Source: the human T2T-CHM13v2.0 reference genome, Homo sapiens. From it: a stretch of 64,000 nucleotides of DNA. Positions 40,090 through 52,625 of this stretch are shown here, one piece after another; positions within the stretch are counted from its first letter, which is position 1, and every line of letters starts with the position of its first letter. A program made the position numbers and the translations under genes. Location of the stretch: NCBI RefSeq assembly GCF_009914755.1, contig NC_060933.1; one strand, written 5' to 3'. The notes beneath the pieces were generated by a model. The model worked only from the letters and a program-made list of their open reading frames with translations, was not told the DNA's origin and searched no databases.

Positions 40090-41861
40090 TACTTCCACCC
40101 CACAATACATGGGAGTCCTTGAATACCATATTTACTTTTGACTGGTAAAGAACCAAAAATTTAAAAAAATTGAACTAGGAAAAAAATCATGATAACAGAT
40201 TCCAACTATTCTATGTTTGTTCATTCATTTTTCAATGCAGGATTTTAGCTAATGGCATTAAATTAACTGTTTCCTAGAAAATAAAACCACTACAAAGAAA
40301 CACCATTGAGGCCATACCTTGAGTGTGAAAGTTTTCATTAATGTCTGAGGGCTATTTGAAATGTGAAGTCATGAATCAAAGAGAAGTGAAAGGACTTTAT
40401 TTAAAAAGCTGATCAGAGACACTGTCTTTGAATCTTTGCCTGGTGACTGGGATAGGAGGGTAAAGATTTTAAAGTTTCTCAAACCCCTCCTCTTCCTCAG
40501 CCTAGTTCTAAGGGGAAAACAGAATTCCTAGGCAGCTTAGCATGAAACAATCACATTGCTTTTTTTTCCCTGCTGTAAAGATTGTAAAACCATAAGAGAT
40601 TAACAAAACTCTCTACTCAGATTAAAGATCAAAACTTGATACCCTAAAGACCAGGGTGTGTGGAATGGGATGCGAGGAACAATGTATTTCCTAATTTGGG
40701 AATATATCAACTGAGAGGGTTAGGAGGGAACACCAGGGTCTTAAAAATTCAATCCTAGTGGGTCCCATTCAGAGATGATATTCAATATACTTAGCAAATG
40801 GTATTGCACAGGCAGCTGCCCATCAGAAACAGCACTGGCCAGGGCACTAGCTCAGGGACCTAGAAGCTCCCTGCTAAACCATGCATTAACTCTTTGGTTT
40901 CCAGATTATAAGCAGGGTGGCAGAACAGTGAAAAACCTCAAGTCATCAGATATTTACCACCAAGCAGTATTTTAACAATTTATACAGCTGTCCTGGAGCA
41001 TACCAGCTGCGTGTTAGCCCCAGTCTGACCTTTCCAGGCACTAAGGATTAGGCAGGCTCATGACTATTAGGCCACCAGCCTTGGTTTCCAACATCATCCA
41101 ATTTCAGACAATCACTTAGCTCTTGCCACTTTATACCAAGGGCCATCCAATCCCAGAGAAAGCATTCAGGAAGACACAAATCCTCTTCCTAGACTATTCA
41201 CCATAGTCACACTAGAAACATCAGATGGGGAAGAGGAGTTTTGATTTAGACTTTGGCATTCCCATATTCACTCAGGAGTAAACAGAAATATGAAGCAATA
41301 GGATTTGAAAGGAAACTCAGAAAATGGAAATGTTTAATACTACTTTAATCATGTCCTTCTCTGACTACACCTTGGTCTCCTCTGGACAGGTAAATTAGAT
41401 TGGAATATGTTCTACATCTTCAAGCTGCACATTTAAATCAGTATCACTTTAATTCTTACTTGTGAATCTGTGTGAATAAGACTATAAAATTATTAAGAGG
41501 GAAAAACACTTAACAAAAAAGAAAGGCTCACTGGTGACACCAATCACAATGACCAGGATATAGGGGCTTGTTTAATTATTATCAGAAAAAGCAGATTCTC
41601 TTTAATAGTGTTTCATATTTCATGTTTTCCAATATACAGAAAATCCTTCTCCTTTTTTTCCAAATGGGTTTTCATTTTTAATAAAAGTCTTATTTGAAGA
41701 TCTTAGAAAAGCAGAACAGCTGAAGAAATGTAGTTTTACTCCCTGTTCGATTATTAATCGGTCTATTATTAAGTCCCTTGTTTGCTCTTCCATTCCTCAT
41801 GTTACCCCCTTTTCTTTGTCATAAATACCCCTTTTTGCTGAATGAGTTTCTGTTCACTCAT

Positions 41862-43100
41862 CTTTTTAAATTAAGTTTATCCTCACTCATATAAAACTCA
41901 CACACTTACATGAAATTCACTAAAGTGTTTAGTGAATTTAGAAAATGTTTTAAAAAGTCAAACACACAGAGAGAGAAAATAAAACTCTAGTTAATGGGGT
42001 AGGAGGAGGAAATATGAAGATGCGGGTGAGAGCACACAAAGTAACAAATATGTAAGATGAACAAGTCTAAAGATCTAATGTACAACACAAGGACTATAGT
42101 TAATAAAACATATTGTATTCTGGAGTTTTGCTAAATGAGTAAATTTTATTTGTTCCTGCAACACAAAAAACAAATGGGTAATTATGTGACATGGTGGATA
42201 TGTTAATTTGCTTCACTATAGTAAGCATTTTACTATCTACATGTATCCCTTACCATCATGTTGTATACTTGAAAAATGCAGAGTAAAATTTATTTTTAAA
42301 GTGTACAATTCAGTGACATTTAGTGCATTTACTATGTGATGCAAACATCACCACTATCTAATTCCGAAACATTTTTGTAACCCCACAAAAAAAACCCTGT
42401 GCCCATTAAGCAACCATTCCCTGTTTCCTCCCTCCCTCTCAGGCCCCAGAAACCACTAATCTGCTTTTTACCTCTATAGATTTGCCCACTCTGGATATTT
42501 CATGTAAATGAGCTTGATCAAGGTGTGGCTTTATATGTCTAGCTTCTTTCACTTAGCATGTTTCCAAGGTCCATCCATATAGAAGCACCTTTTATGACTG
42601 AGTCATATTCTATTGTATGGATATACCATCGTTTCTTTATTTATCAGTTGCTGGACATTTGGGTTGCTTTTGGATGTTACTAATAATGCTATTATGAACA
42701 CTCATGTAGGTGTTTTTGTTTGGACACCTGTCTTCAGTTATCTTGTATATATCTAGAAGTGGAATTGCTAGATCGTATGACAATTCTATTTTTAATTTTT
42801 GAGGAACTGCCAAACTATTTTCTGCAGCTGCTACACCATTTCACATTCACACCAGCAACATACAAGGGTTTCAAGTTCTCAACATCCTCACCAACACTTA
42901 TATTCCATTTTTTATATTATAGCCATCCTAGCAGGTATGAGGGGGAACTCACTGCAGTTTGATTTACATTTCTCCAATGACAAATGATGCTGATCAACTT
43001 TTCATGTACTTAGTATACCTTCTTTGGAGAAATGTTTACTCAAATCTATTGCCCATTTTTTATTAATTTGGTCATTTGCCTTTTTATTGTTGAGTTGTAC
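41862..43100 (-). mobile_element. L1MB 3' fragment split by a plus-strand L1
   Basis: aaagtgtacaattcagtgacatttag...ccactaatctgcttttt...tttggagaaatgttta. Confidence 0.85.
41950..42298 (+). mobile_element. L1MA/MB 3'UTR fragment
   Basis: gatgaacaagtctaaagatctaatgtacaac...ggatatgttaatttgcttcactatagtaa. Confidence 0.8.
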
Positions 43101-44020
43101 TTTCCAATCATTTTCAGTTGAAATGTTTGGCACTGGCTTTTCAAACAAATGACAAAGTTGCAAAATGGACAAAGTGAAAATAAAGCAAACCTAGACCACT
43201 TGCCACACCCACTAAACAAACACATACAGTAACTTCAGTTTTAGATTTTTGAGTTTCAATATTCCCAGCAAGACAACAGATAGGTAAGGTATTGCTAGAT
43301 TAAGTGAATTTTTTTTCAAATTGACAGAAAAGAAAATAATTTATTCATGTACACGTTTACTCAACAAATATTTATTGATCACGCTGCTAGGCATTAGGAC
43401 GATTTAAAACATTGGTGGAACAGTGTTGGTCTTTATATTGTCCATCCTTCCAGTAAGATGCATTATAAATGAAGTTTTCATATGAAAAACATGTCAGGAA
43501 AAGTAATTGTGGAAAATCTTAGTTTCAATTTACTCAGAGTTTAGGAAAAAAAAAAAAGAACTTTCCAAACAGCCTAGAGATAGATAATCCGTTTTATCTA
43601 CCCTCAGAAAAGATACTATGTTAAAGAGGAACAATGTCTCCCTCACCATATGCAGGCATATAGCACCCAAACTCATCAATACAATGTCTTTGAATAGGTA
43701 GGTATTAATAAAGAGGTAGCAAATGTGTATTGTTCCCTTGGATTATTAAGGATAGCTCAATGAGGAGCTTGTGGAAACCTGGAGTATCAACGAAATTTTG
43801 AACTCAGATGAAAAAAATATGATTCCAAGTTGGCATTTTTGAATGAAAGACTAAAGAAGAAATCTATAAAGCAAAGTATGAATTTTAAACAGGAAAAAAC
43901 TATATATTCTAATTCTCAATGCCTGCATCTGTGGAAAACTGAGACATTGAACTACTGAAGTATACCAATGTTTGGGACTTCATAAACAAGATGTAGACTA
44001 TAAACATAAAAATAGTATGG

Positions 44021-44345
44021 GGTGGGCACTATGGCTCACACCTGTAATCCCAGTGCTTCGGTAGGCAGTGGCAGGAGGATTACTTGAGACCAGGAGTTTC
44101 AGACCAGTGAGATCCTGTTTCTACAAGAAAAAAAAAAAAAAAAAAAAAATTCTAATTACCTTGGTGTGGTGGCATTCAGCTGTAGTCCCAGCTACTAGGG
44201 AGGATGAGGCGGGCAGATCACTTGAGTCCAGGAGTTCAAGATTGCTGGTGAGCTATAATTGCACCACTGCATTCCAGCCTGGGCAACAGAGCCAGACCTT
44301 GTCTCTAAAAAACAATAATAATAAAATTAAATTTTAATTTAAAAT
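44021..44345 (+). mobile_element. AluJ (Jo-like) with a ~14-nt left-arm deletion
   Basis: ggaggattacttgagaccaggagtt; TSD-like aaaatagtatgg / aaaattagtatgg. Confidence 0.9.
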
Positions 44346-44349
44346 TAAA

Positions 44350-44570
44350 ATTAGTATGGAGTAGTGATACAGAACACAGGCTTTGAAATCAGACAGACCT
44401 GAATTTGAGAATCGACTTTGTCTTTTACAAAGTATGTCACTCAATGAATATTATTTATAGTTCCTAACTCTTGATTTCCTCAATTGTAAAATAAGGATTA
44501 AAGTATCTGTCTCATTCATTTGTTAATGCTTAGCACAATGCCTGTAATACATTGATAATTACTATAATTG
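44350..44570 (+). mobile_element. MIR
   Basis: acaggctttgaaatcagacagacctgaatttga...tttcctcaattgtaaaataagg. Confidence 0.75.
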
Positions 44571-45020
44571 TTTTGCAATATGATATAAATGGTGAATAGA
44601 GACAGAAGAATGAGTAAATAGAAAGGAAAGGAATCTGAACAAATTTTTTTTAAAAAATGGATTTGTTACAGATACAAACTCCATTTTCCAGGAAGAAAAG
44701 ATAATTTGTATAATTGCTACTCTCTGTCATTTTTATAACCATTTATTCAGAATAATAGTTGTATAATCTCAACATTGACTCAAATGCAAACTCATTTACC
44801 TTGTTCAAGAATTATTAACTCAGCCAACTTTGGCCCATGACATTCCTAATTATGCATATTTAGTTAAAATATTTCAAAAATATAAATGCAGTTTTTATTT
44901 TTTATTAATTCTGTGATATATGATTTATATCAAGGTACTAATGGGAAACTGCAACCAGAAGTTCACGGGTTAAAGAATCAGCTCTATAGAACATCGTAGT
45001 GGGCTGAATGGTGGATTTTA

Positions 45021-46723
45021 GGAGCTGATCATAATCCTGAAGGACACAATTACCAAACACCGTAATCTCAAATGTCAAAAGCCTGAAAGATCAAAAATTC
45101 AAAATTATAATTCTGGAAAAAATAATTTTAAAATTATTTAAAAGATATTTATTTGTGTTTTAAAGGGATTTATTCAAAAGCATGTAAAAACATGACAAAA
45201 CACTTCATAGATCACTTTGCACAATAAAATAGTCAATAACAACGTACATATTTTTGCAAGCATAAACACTCAGGTATACCAATGACAGTCACATGGGTAT
45301 GACAGTTATAAGCGATGAACTGTATTCATAAAGAAATGGGTCAAAAATTGAAATGTATAAATGCATATCACTATGGTTGGTAATGTGTGCACCTAGCTTT
45401 ATAGCTGCCGTCATCTGAAATACCCAACCCAAGACTAACAACCGAAGTCTTTTGATCAGATGGAGGAAAAACTGTGATGAATCACCGCCATATATGCAGT
45501 TGTCTGAAGAACTAAGATTTTGAGAAATTATATCTTACACAAATGCAGTCGTATGGACATATCTTCATTTATTGAGGATGTTCCAACATTTTTACATACA
45601 TGCACAAAGCTTACAAAGTCACATTGTGATAAAGCACTTTCATGAAGTCAAATTTGCAAAAAAAAAACTGCATAAAACAAATTAGAACTCTCTAAAAGTC
45701 CTTACATAATTTATATTTCCGGTATTGGAAATAATGCAAGTTAAAAGATGTAGCATAGCAAATTTTAGGAGATCGTTTTGACAGTTTAAAATAGGGAGAA
45801 AAAGAAAAGGAAAAACTAAAAAGAAAATCTGACATATGAAATAGTGTATTACAGGGAAAGATTAAGGGCAATTGCATGGAGATAGTTCACTAAGAGCTGG
45901 CCAAATTTCATGATCATTAAATATGCTTTGAGGTCTTGCATCACAACGAATAGCTGCCTTTTTTTTAGGATTTGGCCTTCCTCAGAGAATATTCATTTTC
46001 TACATGGTACTGCTCTTTTCGAAATTCTTCTGTGATTCCACGTACACCAAAACAAGCATTCCCTATTAAATCTTCCTAGCTTCAGTGCCATGCTTCCATG
46101 TTGTTTTGGGTATGTAGAAATCCATTCTACATGCATTTATACATAGACCATAAATTTGGCAGAAATAATACAATGATTGAACAGTAACATCATTGCATAA
46201 GTGTCTTCTTATCCTACCACGCATATAATTATTTTTGAACCAGTCAGTGGCTTTGCTGACTTCTTCAGCAAATATGGCTTTAATTCATTAAAAGCTCCTG
46301 AAATGTCATCTGCTGGAAGGAATGTCAATGCAGGCAAATGATGCATTTTTTAACTGAAGTTTTTGTCGTTGCTATAGAACATGGCCAATCAACACATCTG
46401 AATTTTCTGCCAAATGCATTGGGCTGAAAGGAAAAAACAAACTTTACTGGTAATACCTTGACATTCTCTTTTAGAAGCCTTGGTCATTCCTGGCTCCAAA
46501 TCTGTCATTAGGGTTTGGGGATCCAAGTGAAATCCATTTTCCTCTGTGTTAGGACGATAACAAGGTAATAGCTCTGCCTAGCATGATGCAACCATCTTGT
46601 GACTGTGATTATTGGGATTTTAGACACCAGGAATTTTAGACTTTAGAGATTTTGCTCTTTGGGATTTCAATATTTGGGAACAGAGCCTGTAGGACTGTGT
46701 CTTTCAAGATTATGATCAATCTC
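45021..46723 (-). mobile_element. Ricksha-family MULE/MuDR DNA transposon (~1.7 kb, both TIRs)
   Basis: Left gagctgatcataatcctgaaggacacaat; right end reverse complement gagattgatcataatcttgaaagacacagtcc; internal MULE transposase relic on minus. Confidence 0.88.
46085..46520 (-). pseudogene. MULE transposase catalytic-domain relic
   Basis: Manual translation with stops and a frameshift: PQTLMTDLE...VCFFLSAQCIWQKIQ...LPALTFLPADDISGAFNEL...DWFKNNYMRGRIRR...LWSMY...TQNNMEAWH. Confidence 0.85.
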
Positions 46724-46929
46724 AGGTTCTGTGGACCACCTTTCTGCTTTGCCCTCTGCTCCCCATTAAATTCTGCCAGAGGAAAAGAAAGATGTTCATT
46801 GAGGTCTGTTTCCTTTCGGTTTTCTGTTGCTATCAGCATCATCTTAACAACGACTTCAGAAGCAATTGTTCTATCAGCAGAATTTGAATTCAATTCAATC
46901 TAACTTGCAGTTTTTTTTAACACATGCAG

Positions 46930-47232
46930 ACCAGTCCCATCACATTCACTAAGAAATATCTGGACCAATTGTCTGTCCCCACCCCCTCAAATTCATGGGT
47001 CCCAACCCCAGAGATACCCTCCTCCAAACTTCTAAATTGTGATAATTCCATTATTTACCTTTGTTTCCCAACCCAGGAGCTGGTAGTTAATTCCTACTTT
47101 TGCTCCCTTCTCTAATACTTTAGTTCTGTTTATCTTTCAATTCTTCGATACCCTTTGCAATTGTTTATATTAAATTCTTTCTGTTAAAATGATTGCAGTG
47201 GTTTCTGTTTCCTGCCTGGACCCTAATGGTAC
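46930..47232 (+). mobile_element. Old ERVL-type LTR 3' portion (LTR33-like)
   Basis: Ends attaaattctttctgtt...gtggtttctgtttcctgcctggaccctaatggtaca. Confidence 0.5.
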
Positions 47233-47439
47233 AGGTCCCCAGCTAGTTGCTTTCTGGTACTATTTCTCATCAATAAGACTGGGAGCTCTCAGAGCAGCTG
47301 CAAAGAAGCTCATTTTCATCACCAGGAAGCCAACAGCAACCACTGTGTCAGTACTACTAACAAATCTGGTCTCATGCATTCTTCCAATCAATATGAATCC
47401 AAGTGAATAAAACCTCCAGAAAAATCAACCGCTGAAAAA

Positions 47440-47665
47440 GGTAAATCTAAAAAGATAGAAAATAGATTAGTATTATCCTGGGGCTGGATATGAGAACAGG
47501 TACTGACTGCAAATAGGTACAAGGGATAGTTTGGGAGTGGTAGAAATGTTCTAACACCGATTTTGATGACGGTTTTACAAATATACTAGAAATAATTGAA
47601 TCATTTATTTAAACTGGGCGACTTCTGTGAAATAAACTATGCCACAATGAAGGTATTTTTTTAAA
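47440..47665 (+). mobile_element. L1ME 3'UTR fragment
   Basis: atagaaaatagattag...ctgactgcaaataggtacaaggga...tagaaatgttcta. Confidence 0.65.
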
Positions 47666-47997
47666 ACTCAACTTTTGAAATTTAACAAAGGACCCTGTGA
47701 TCAGGGCCTATCATGGAGAGTGCAAGAGTGTCAATTAGGTCAGGATTCTCACTCAAATTTGGACTTCCAGTGTTTTCTCCAAATGAGATGTTACATACAT
47801 ACACCAAGAGGACTGAAAGAACATGTTCATCATCACTAATTGTTAAAATACAAACACAGTTTTTGTAACCCTAGGCCTCTTCACCTCTGAGATATTTGTC
47901 CTCACTATGCAGTACATACATATTAATAAAACAGGACTTCTCTCTTTAGCATCTCAGCTGTCTCCAAGGCCAAAGACAGAGGAGGAAGGTGAGGAGA

Positions 47998-48205
47998 ATT
48001 AACACTTACTAAGCAACTGCTACGGAACAGGCATCATACATTTTGCTTAATACCTTAATTAAATCTCACTTTTATAATAGCCCTTTGTGATGGGCATTTC
48101 AACCCAACATTCCACAGAGAAGAAAACTGAAGCACTTAAAAGTAAAATAACCTGCCCAATATCATGTACTCAGTGAGTAAGATAGCTAGATCTAAAATCC
48201 AACCT
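47998..48205 (-). mobile_element. MIR
   Basis: acacttactaagcaactgctac...cagagaagaaaactgaagcac...aacctgccca. Confidence 0.65.
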
Positions 48206-49632
48206 TTATTACAGGAAATGGCATTTCCATTAAAGCCTTGAAGTCTCTTCAGCACAGCATTTCCAAGGGCCAAAAGAGAATTCTACAAGATTGTATTTTG
48301 AATGAACAAGGAAATCAGTTAAATCAACTTATGTAGTACACATCAGCGTTCAATATCACATGAATTATGAAGGTTGGAATCTTTAAGAACTCTCAAAGGG
48401 TAGGCATTCCACATTGTATTTTACGTAAGTAGATATTTTCCCCTGGATTTCTTTAGGTTCTTTTTGATTGAAATGCTTGGCAACATTTTGCTTTATGTTG
48501 TTTTAAAGCATTCTGTGCTGACAAGTGGTGAACTCAGAAAATACAGTCCATTTTTCCCAAACCTATGAAAGTAATATTGCGCATTATGGCTTTGATAGTC
48601 CCCGTGATTATGACTACAGATTTAAAGTTTATGTTCCGCTGGGATCACCCAAACCAAGACTATTAACTTAAAATACACAACTGAAGATCAAAATGTATCT
48701 TCTCAATTGAGAAAACCAACAAAAAGAAATAGTATGTATATTTTTTGAAAATAAAACAATTTTTTAAGTTATTAAGGGAAATCATCAGAATTGTATTGTC
48801 TTTTTTTGCATTGAAATAAACTTTGTTATTGTTTAGAACAGAAGGAAAAAAGCAGCTAAAATAATTTATGTTTCAAGTCTAACCATGACAAAATTTTAAA
48901 CAGAAGTTTGAATATTTAGGTCCCTAATTCCAATATCTTACCCATAATGGGAATAGTTTGAACATTTGAACAAAACAAATGTTATTTGCCTTGTTGAGAT
49001 AGGTATCTCTAATATGATCAAAAACTGATGTTAAAATTAAATCCCCATCCTGAGGCAATAGCATAGAGACCGAGTCTATCTGGTGCTTTGGTTCATATAA
49101 AGGTCATTGTGATAAAATCTCAATGATATGCAATTAAAAAAATTCACATTGTCTACATTGGGTGAGGAAAGTAAAGGCACAACTGTAGTTGTGAAGCTTA
49201 ACTAAGGTTGGTGAAGGCTATTTCCGCTGAAACAAACAGCTTTTTATATAAAAATACTGTTAATTGTTACTTCAGAGAAGTTGATTAAGGAATGGGGGAG
49301 GTAGATAATTTGTTTCTTTTTATATTATATTATTCTGTGCTTAAACTTTAGTGAAAGTGCTGGAACTTTTATCATGGGTATGCATTTCTTTGTTAATGAA
49401 AGAAGAAATTACTTAAAAAATTATTTTAAAATAAGAAGCATAGATGACTTCCAAAAAGTCACGTAATTTTCAAAAATTCTTTCCATTACAGAGAGATAAT
49501 CCAATGCCAGGACACATATGCTCCCTGGGGTAAAATTGAAATATCCATAAAAATGAAATAAGAAGAAGCCATTTTAATGTCTAGAGGAAGAAAATACAGA
49601 ATATGTGGTCTGTGTGTGGCCTTTGAGTAAGC

Positions 49633-49898
49633 CAGTGATGCTCAAAGTACCCATTCACAATAAGATCTGGAACCTGTGCTGGAATGTAAATGAACACACT
49701 ACTTCCTTCTATGAGCAAGTCTTGCTACCAAAATAAATAAACACATACATACATACATACATACATACATACATACATACATACATACATACATCAGATG
49801 AACTGAAAAGCATGCTTAATGGCTAAACTAATTTACATCCTGATGCAAACTGGTCGCAAACAGATGGCCGACCAGAGACCACAATATGAGTAGCACTG
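49633..49898. mobile_element. hAT-Charlie-type MITE carrying a microsatellite
   Basis: Terminal inverted motifs cagtgatgctcaaagt ... tatgagtagcactg. Confidence 0.55.
49743..49794 (+). repeat. (ACAT)13 perfect tetranucleotide STR
   Basis: Direct reading. Confidence 0.95.
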
Positions 49899-51286
49899 AA
49901 ACCTGCATACACCAAAAATAAATGGAAGGAGGAAAGTTTAGACTGTGAGTCAGTCAGGGTTCAAAGTAGGAAACAGAAATCACTGTAGACATTTAAAGTA
50001 GAAAAAGATTTAATACTGAAAATTCAGTGTAGACAGAAATGGTAGAAGAAAGAATAATGTGCAACAAGTCCACAAGCTGCCACTTAGCCAATTTGAAGAA
50101 CTTCCACCATAACTACAATGCAGAGATCAGAAAGTTATGATTGCTGTCACGACCACCACTGCCTTTTAACATTTATGGATCTGGTGACTAGACAGAGGAG
50201 CACTGAGCCCGGTCAATTCAATGGCTTTTAAATCTTCATGAACTTGCTTGCCAGCTGAAAATGGCCTCCACCTCTGCCCTCCATATCTGCCCATATTTGT
50301 CTTGGTACATCTCTTTAAAGGGTATTCACTGGGATCCACACCTTTGAGTTGAGATCAGTTCTGCTTTGTGTATGTTCATTCTGCAGTCCAGGATGAAGGA
50401 GTGGTGGCTATTCATAGAATGCTCTACTCATGGTGATGAAGCGAAACACAAGCACATATAAGGCCCCTGCTCACGTCATATCTACTAACATCTCATTGTC
50501 CAAAGCAAGTCACATGGCAAAGCCCATTTTCAATGAGATCTCTGTTCTACCCCCAAAGGAAAACCACTGTAATATTACACAGCAAATGGTATCAATATAC
50601 TGTCACAGGGAACTGAAGAATTGGGACCAATATCCCAATCTTCAACAACTTTCAGTCTTTTTCAATGCTACAGTTTCATATTCTGTAATTCTATGACAGA
50701 GATTCATAACAATGTATGAACTACCTCCATACCCAGTTACCCACTTTCTCTCCTCCATCAACTCCCCAAAAGACCACAGATAACCAATCTCTACAAAACT
50801 TATCCATTATTAGCCCCTTCTATCTGAAAGAAAGTGTTGTTACTCTCTCAAACCATGGCCCATTCCCAGGCTGTGTTATAATTTTCCCCAAACTCTCAGA
50901 GACTTTAATTCTACTCTATTACCTCTTTTCTCCTAAATCTTCACACTTGCTTCTTTCCCAATCAAACATCTGTAACAAATGCTACAATCAAACATGTGAA
51001 CTTTGATCTTAAAAATAAATGGTCTCTCACGATATTACATCTCCCCTAGCAAGCCTCTTCTTCCTCATATTCACCTTTCCTAAAAGGGTGTATTTATTAC
51101 AGCTTCTATTTCCTCTTCTTTTCACTTATTCTACAGCACTCTGAAATCTGGCCATAAAAAAACAACAAGAAGTCATATTTGCCAAGTTTACTGCTTATTG
51201 TCGGAGGGTTTGGTGAGGCGCTATGAATAGCACACTCATTCCCTGATTTCTGCATCAAAAGAGAAAGAAAAAAAAATGAAGCTTTC

Positions 51287-51704
51287 TCCGTTAGTCTGTT
51301 TGCATGGCTATAAAAGAATATCTGAGGCTGGGAACTTTATAAAGGAAAGGGGTTTATTTGGCTCACGGTTCTGCAGGCTGTACAAGAAGCATAGTGCCGG
51401 CATCTGCTTCTGCTGAAGTCCTTGGGAATCTTACAATCATGGTGGAAGGTGAAGGGAAGCCAACATGTCACATGATGAGAAAGGAAGCAAGGGAGAGAGA
51501 AGGAGGTGCCAGACTCCTTTAAACAACCAGCTTTTATGTGAACTACCAGAGCAGGAACTCAGTCATTACCATGGGGATGGCAACCAAGACAATCATGAGG
51601 GATCCACCTCCATGATCCAAACACCTACCACTAGGCCTACCTCCAACACTAGAGCTCACATTTCAACATGAGATTTGTAGAGACAAAACATCCAAAACAT
51701 ATCA
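51287..51704 (-). mobile_element. MSTB-like MaLR solo LTR
   Basis: ttggctcacggttctgcaggctgtacaagaagcat...cacatttcaacatgagatttg...aaaacatatca. Confidence 0.88.
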
Positions 51705-52079
51705 CCAACACTGAAGAAATGTGGCTTAGATGTGAGAGCCAAATGAGCTTATTAACTCCCTACGCTCTTGGATCCAAGACTGCAAATACACTTAACCCAG
51801 GTTTCTGTCTCACTATTGTAAGTAGAAGGGGAAGGAGAAAGAGTGCAACTATCACCCTGTTCCAGTGATCATGTTTGTGACTAGTAAGCTCCAATCAAGA
51901 AAAAATAGACCAATAGCAATTACCTAAGACCCAAGAAAGAGATGAGGAAGTAGATGCAGAGCATGTGGGGGAAATAGCCCCTCACAGAAACTAGAAGACT
52001 GGAAAAAAGATGCTCCCCTCTAAGAGTTACTGTTTGCATCTCTAATTTACTTGAGCTGTCTGGGATATTTGCACTGTTG

Positions 52080-52625
52080 ACCTTTCATTCCTCTGGAAAA
52101 TCTTTTTGCCTCAAATTTCAAGAAACTCCCTTCTCTAGGTTTTCCTCCTAATACTCTGATATGCCCTATTTTATCTCCTTTATGGGGTATCCCTGGGGAT
52201 ACCACTTTGTTTTCCCATTCTTTGGTGTCCCTTGGAAATCCCATCCATGCCTATAACTTTCACTATTACTCATGTGTTCATACAACTGGATATTATCTGC
52301 CTAATAGGTACTTCACTTCAAGGATGCGCATATGTACCTGACATGCAAAATGTCAAGACATATTTGTCTTCTTTTTCCCAAAGCAATCTTTCTCTTCCAT
52401 AATCTCTCCTTTGTGGGTGGCACTAGCATTCACCCAGTCTTCCAAGACAGAAATCTTAAGAAACATCTCTAATTCCTCTCTCTCCTTCTCCTACTCTGTC
52501 CCTACCACCTCTGTGAGGTCCAGTGAATTTCACTTCCTGAGTATCTTTCAAATTAGTCTCCTCTCTATTTCTACTATCCCTGCCTTGGTTTAAACCCTAA
52601 GCATCTGCTCGAACCTAATTTACCA
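52080..52625 (+). mobile_element. L2 fragment
   Basis: gcattcacccagtcttccaagacagaaatctta...ctatttctactatccctgccttggtt. Confidence 0.55.

Noticed and set aside
45012-46732. 9-bp TSD for Ricksha
   Set aside because: Flanks tggatttta and aggttctgt match too poorly to call.
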